DNA of 64,000 nt, taken from Mobula hypostoma. Taxonomy: Eukaryota. Below are positions 60,661 to 64,000 of this stretch, in pieces. Below the pieces are notes generated by a model. The model did not search any database and was not told where the DNA came from. It was given only the letters and a program-made list of their open reading frames with translations. The stretch covers positions 18,602,001 through 18,666,000 of the forward strand of contig NC_086109.1 in the NCBI RefSeq assembly GCF_963921235.1, given 5' to 3'. Each line of letters opens with the position of its first letter. Positions within the stretch are counted from its first letter, which is position 1. The translations under genes and the position numbers were made by a program.

Positions 60661-63600
60661 TGGTGGTTGTCTCTCGAGGTCCGAGGGAGACTAAACATTG
60701 TGCAGTCATCTGTGGATACGCACGTGGCTTCGGAGGCCAAAGGCAGAAGCACACATGTGGTTGCAGGTTGGACATGGAACGGCGGTTGTTAGAACAGGTG
60801 CATAAACAGATTTGTGGTGTTGGTCTCGTGCTGCTGCAAGGTGCTGATTTCAGTCATCCTCAAAGTCAGATGCAGCTTTTCTGGTCAGGGCGCACCACGC
60901 AGCCCTGTCGGCTGCGGACCCCTCAAGTTGTCAAGGCTGGAGGTCTGCCCATTTGATGTACAATTTCAGATTGTCTTTGAATCTTTTTTTGGGGTAGCCC
61001 TGATAGCGACTGCCATGCTCAAGCTCACCGTAGAGCAGCTGCCTGGGGATTCTTGTTTCACTCAGCGGATTACATGGCCAGTCCAGCAGAGCTGGGCCTG
61101 GAGGATCCTTGCCTCAATGCTTGTGCTGTTGGCTCTGTCAAGGACTTCCTGGTTGGTGATTCGGTCCTGCCATTGAATCCTCATGATCGACCGCAGAGAG
61201 CGCATGTGAAACTGCTCCAGCTGTTTGATATGCCTGCGGTACAGGGTCCAGGTTTCGCAGACGTACCGGAGAGAGGTGAGGACCACAGCCTTGTACACCT
61301 TGAGCTTGGTTGAAAGCTGAATGTCCTTGTGCTCCAGAACTTTGACATGGAGTTTCCCGAGTGCCTGGCTGGCTTTCTGGATCCTTGCTATGATCTCTTT
61401 GTCAAGGGATCTGTCACTGGAGATGGTGCTTCCTAGATACTTGAAGCTCTCCACATTCTTCAGGATAGTGCCGACGATGGTGATGCATGGCTGAGGAGGG
61501 TGACTGTTTGGTGCAGGTTGTAGAACATCTGTCTTACCGAGGCTGATTGTCAGGCTGAACAGATTTGAGGCTGCGGAGAACTTGTCGACAATCGTCTGCC
61601 GGTGGTTCTCCTGGTGGGCCACGAGGGCACAGTCATCAGCAAACAGGGCTTCAGTGATGAGCCTCCTCAGCATTTTGGTCTTTGCAGCAAGGCATCTCAG
61701 GTCAAGCATCGATCCGTCTAGGCGATATCTTATGTAAATACCCAGCTCGAGGTCCTTAACAGCATGCTTCAGCACTTGGGTGAAGAAGAGGTTGAAGAGC
61801 ACTGGTGCTAGAATGCACCCTTGCTTCACGCCATTTGAGATGTTGAAAGTCTCAGATGGGGAACCATCTGAGAACACTTCTCCTGTCATGCCATTGCAGA
61901 GCAGGCGGATGAGTGTAGTGAATTTCTGCGGGCAGCCAAGCTGTCTAAGGATGATCCACAGCGTGTTTCTGTTGACCGTGTCAAACACCTCCGTCAGATC
62001 AATGAAGACAGAATATAATGTCATGTTCTGTTCCAGGCACTTCTCCTGTATCTGTCTCACTGTGAAGATCATGTCGACAGTGCTGCGTTCGGGATGAAAG
62101 CCGCATTGCGACTCAGGAAGGTTCTCTTCTGACACTGTTGGAACCAGTCTGTTGAGGATGATGTGGGTGAGGTTTTTTCCGGCAATGGAAAGTACTGAGA
62201 TGCCTCTGTAGTTCCCGCAGTTGGACCTTGAACTTTTATTTTTGTAGAGGGCGATTATTGTTGTGTCTCTGAGGTCAGGGGGCACCTCTTCTTCTTCCCA
62301 AATGCTAGTCAGGGTGCTGTGGAAAGCCTCAAGTGATTCCTTGCTGAGTGCCTTGTACAGTTCAGCAGGTATTCCATCCTTGCCAGACGCCTTGCCACTG
62401 CTTATCTGCATGATAGCTTTCTTGACTTCATTTATCGAGGGAGGATCATCTAGTTCCTCGTGAATAGGCTGTTGGGGGATTTGGTCCAGAGCAGACTGGT
62501 CGACTGATGAAGGGCGGTTCAGGAGCTGGCTGAAATGCTCTTTTCATCTGTGTTGGATGCCCTCTTTGTCCTTTAGCAGTGTGGTTCCATTTGCGGACAA
62601 CAGTGGAGATGAGCCAGATCTTGAGGGGCTGAAGATCATCTTGATGGAGTTGAAAAGCAGCTTCGAGTTGTTGATATCAGCGAAGTGTTGCAACTCTTCA
62701 CCTTTCCTATCCCACCACAGGTCGTGCATCTTGCAAATTTCCCGTTGGGCATGGGCCTGAAGGGACTTGAACCACTCTTTTTTGGGAATGGAGCTTTGGC
62801 CATTTTGCCACTCCATGAATGCTTTGTTCTTCCTGGCCAGGAGATCTTTGATGGCACTGTCATTCTCGTCGAACCAATCTTGGTGGTTTCAGTCCTTGGG
62901 AACGAGGTCTGATCTTGCTGTCTCCGTCACCATCTCTCCAAACTGATTCCACTTCTGGGTTGGCCCACCAGTTAGTGGTCCATTGGCAGACAGCTTCTCA
63001 TCAAGGGTGGTCTGGAACTTGTGAAGATACAGCGGCTTTTGGAGTCTGTCAATGTTAAAAGCTGTTCTGATGAACTTAGGGCGCTTGGGATGGTCGGGGA
63101 GCAATACGTAGCTTCACTGTGGTGCGGAGAAGCCTGTGGTCAGTCCAGCACTCTGCTCCTCGCATGGCTCTGGTGATGAGGACATCCCGGATGTCTCGGC
63201 GACGTACTATAACGTAGTCGATCATGTGTCGATGTTTGGATCTTGGGTGCACCCATGTTGTCTTGTACTTGTTTGCCAGCCTGAGCACTGTGTTTGTGAT
63301 GAGGCGGTCATATTCTGCATATTTGCTAAGGAGCAAGAGGCCATTGCTGTTCATGTTGCCAATACCATGTTTGCCTAGAACCCCTTCCCAGCAACTGTGA
63401 TCGCATTGAAGTCACCGAGCAGGATTAGTTTGTCGTTGGCAGGGACTGAGCCCAGAACAGAGCTAAGGTTGGTGTAGAACTGCTCAATGGTCTCGTATTT
63501 GCTGGTCACAGTGGGGGCATAAGCGCTGATGACTGTTGAGTGATGTTTGTGGCTGAGGGGTAGACGTAGCCACATAAGCCTTTCGTTGATTCCCACTGAC

Positions 63601-63669
63601 AGGTCGGAGAGTTGTTTCAGGAAGCTGGACTTGACTGCAAATCTAACTCCATGAATCCTCTCTTCATCT
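60661..63669 (-). mobile_element. RTE LINE, 5'-truncated in the APE domain, frameshifted
   Basis: SAYAPT...LILLGDFNA and CWTDHRL (APE); CGNYRGIS, ESQCGF, GVKQGCILAPVLF, LFADD (RT); TSD TAGATAGATAAGTAGATA at 60643-60660 and 63670-63687. Confidence 0.92.
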
Positions 63670-64000
63670 TAGATAGATAAGTAGATAAAACTTCATAAAG
63701 CCCCAAGTGAATCACCAAGTGTCAAGGTCACTTCAGTTCAGCAAGACATTGATAAATTACTTTTATGTCTCTGTATCCAATACATTTACAGTAATCCCAG
63801 ATCTAAACAATGAACTCCAGCATATTAACCAATCGTTTATCTAGCACTGGATTGGCTGAACTACTGCCAGCCATTTTATCACTTTATTTTCAACCGACTT
63901 CTGCAATTGTTAAATAATAGAAGATGCTCTGGAGGATTATACTCAATGCTTAATGCACAGAGAGAATCTAATATATATGCATGATATCAATATGTATGAG

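Noticed and set aside
61062..62411. 449-aa RT ORF as a domesticated gene
   Set aside because: Lies within a 5'-truncated, frameshifted RTE copy bounded by a TSD.

Overview
Eukaryotic, repeat-dominated vertebrate DNA. The repeat inventory (V-domain SINEs, CR1, Rex1/Babar, RTE, Penelope-like, Gypsy, Tc1, hAT MITEs) suggests a cartilaginous fish, probably a ray; this is an inference. Almost all ORFs in the track are transposon debris or chance ORFs. One host gene is well supported: a two-coding-exon gene on + (381-448 joined to 3055-3463, 158 aa). It encodes a divergent actinoporin-like (sea-anemone cytolysin fold) protein lacking the signal peptide, the N-terminal pore helix and the aromatic lipid-binding patch. 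Two kinds of self-cleaving RNA motif are predicted inside retroelements. The first is minimal type I hammerhead ribozymes in Penelope terminal repeats (best copy 20028-20063). The second is an HDV-like double pseudoknot starting at the apparent 5' end of a non-autonomous RTE-derived element (4367-4535, minus), with an unusual hairpin inserted in L3. There are also modular SINEs sharing an RTE-type tail, uncharacterised non-coding retroelements with target-site duplications (TSDs), and several nested insertions. Repeat boundaries are approximate unless a TSD is quoted. All family calls come from reading motifs by eye, not from database searches.
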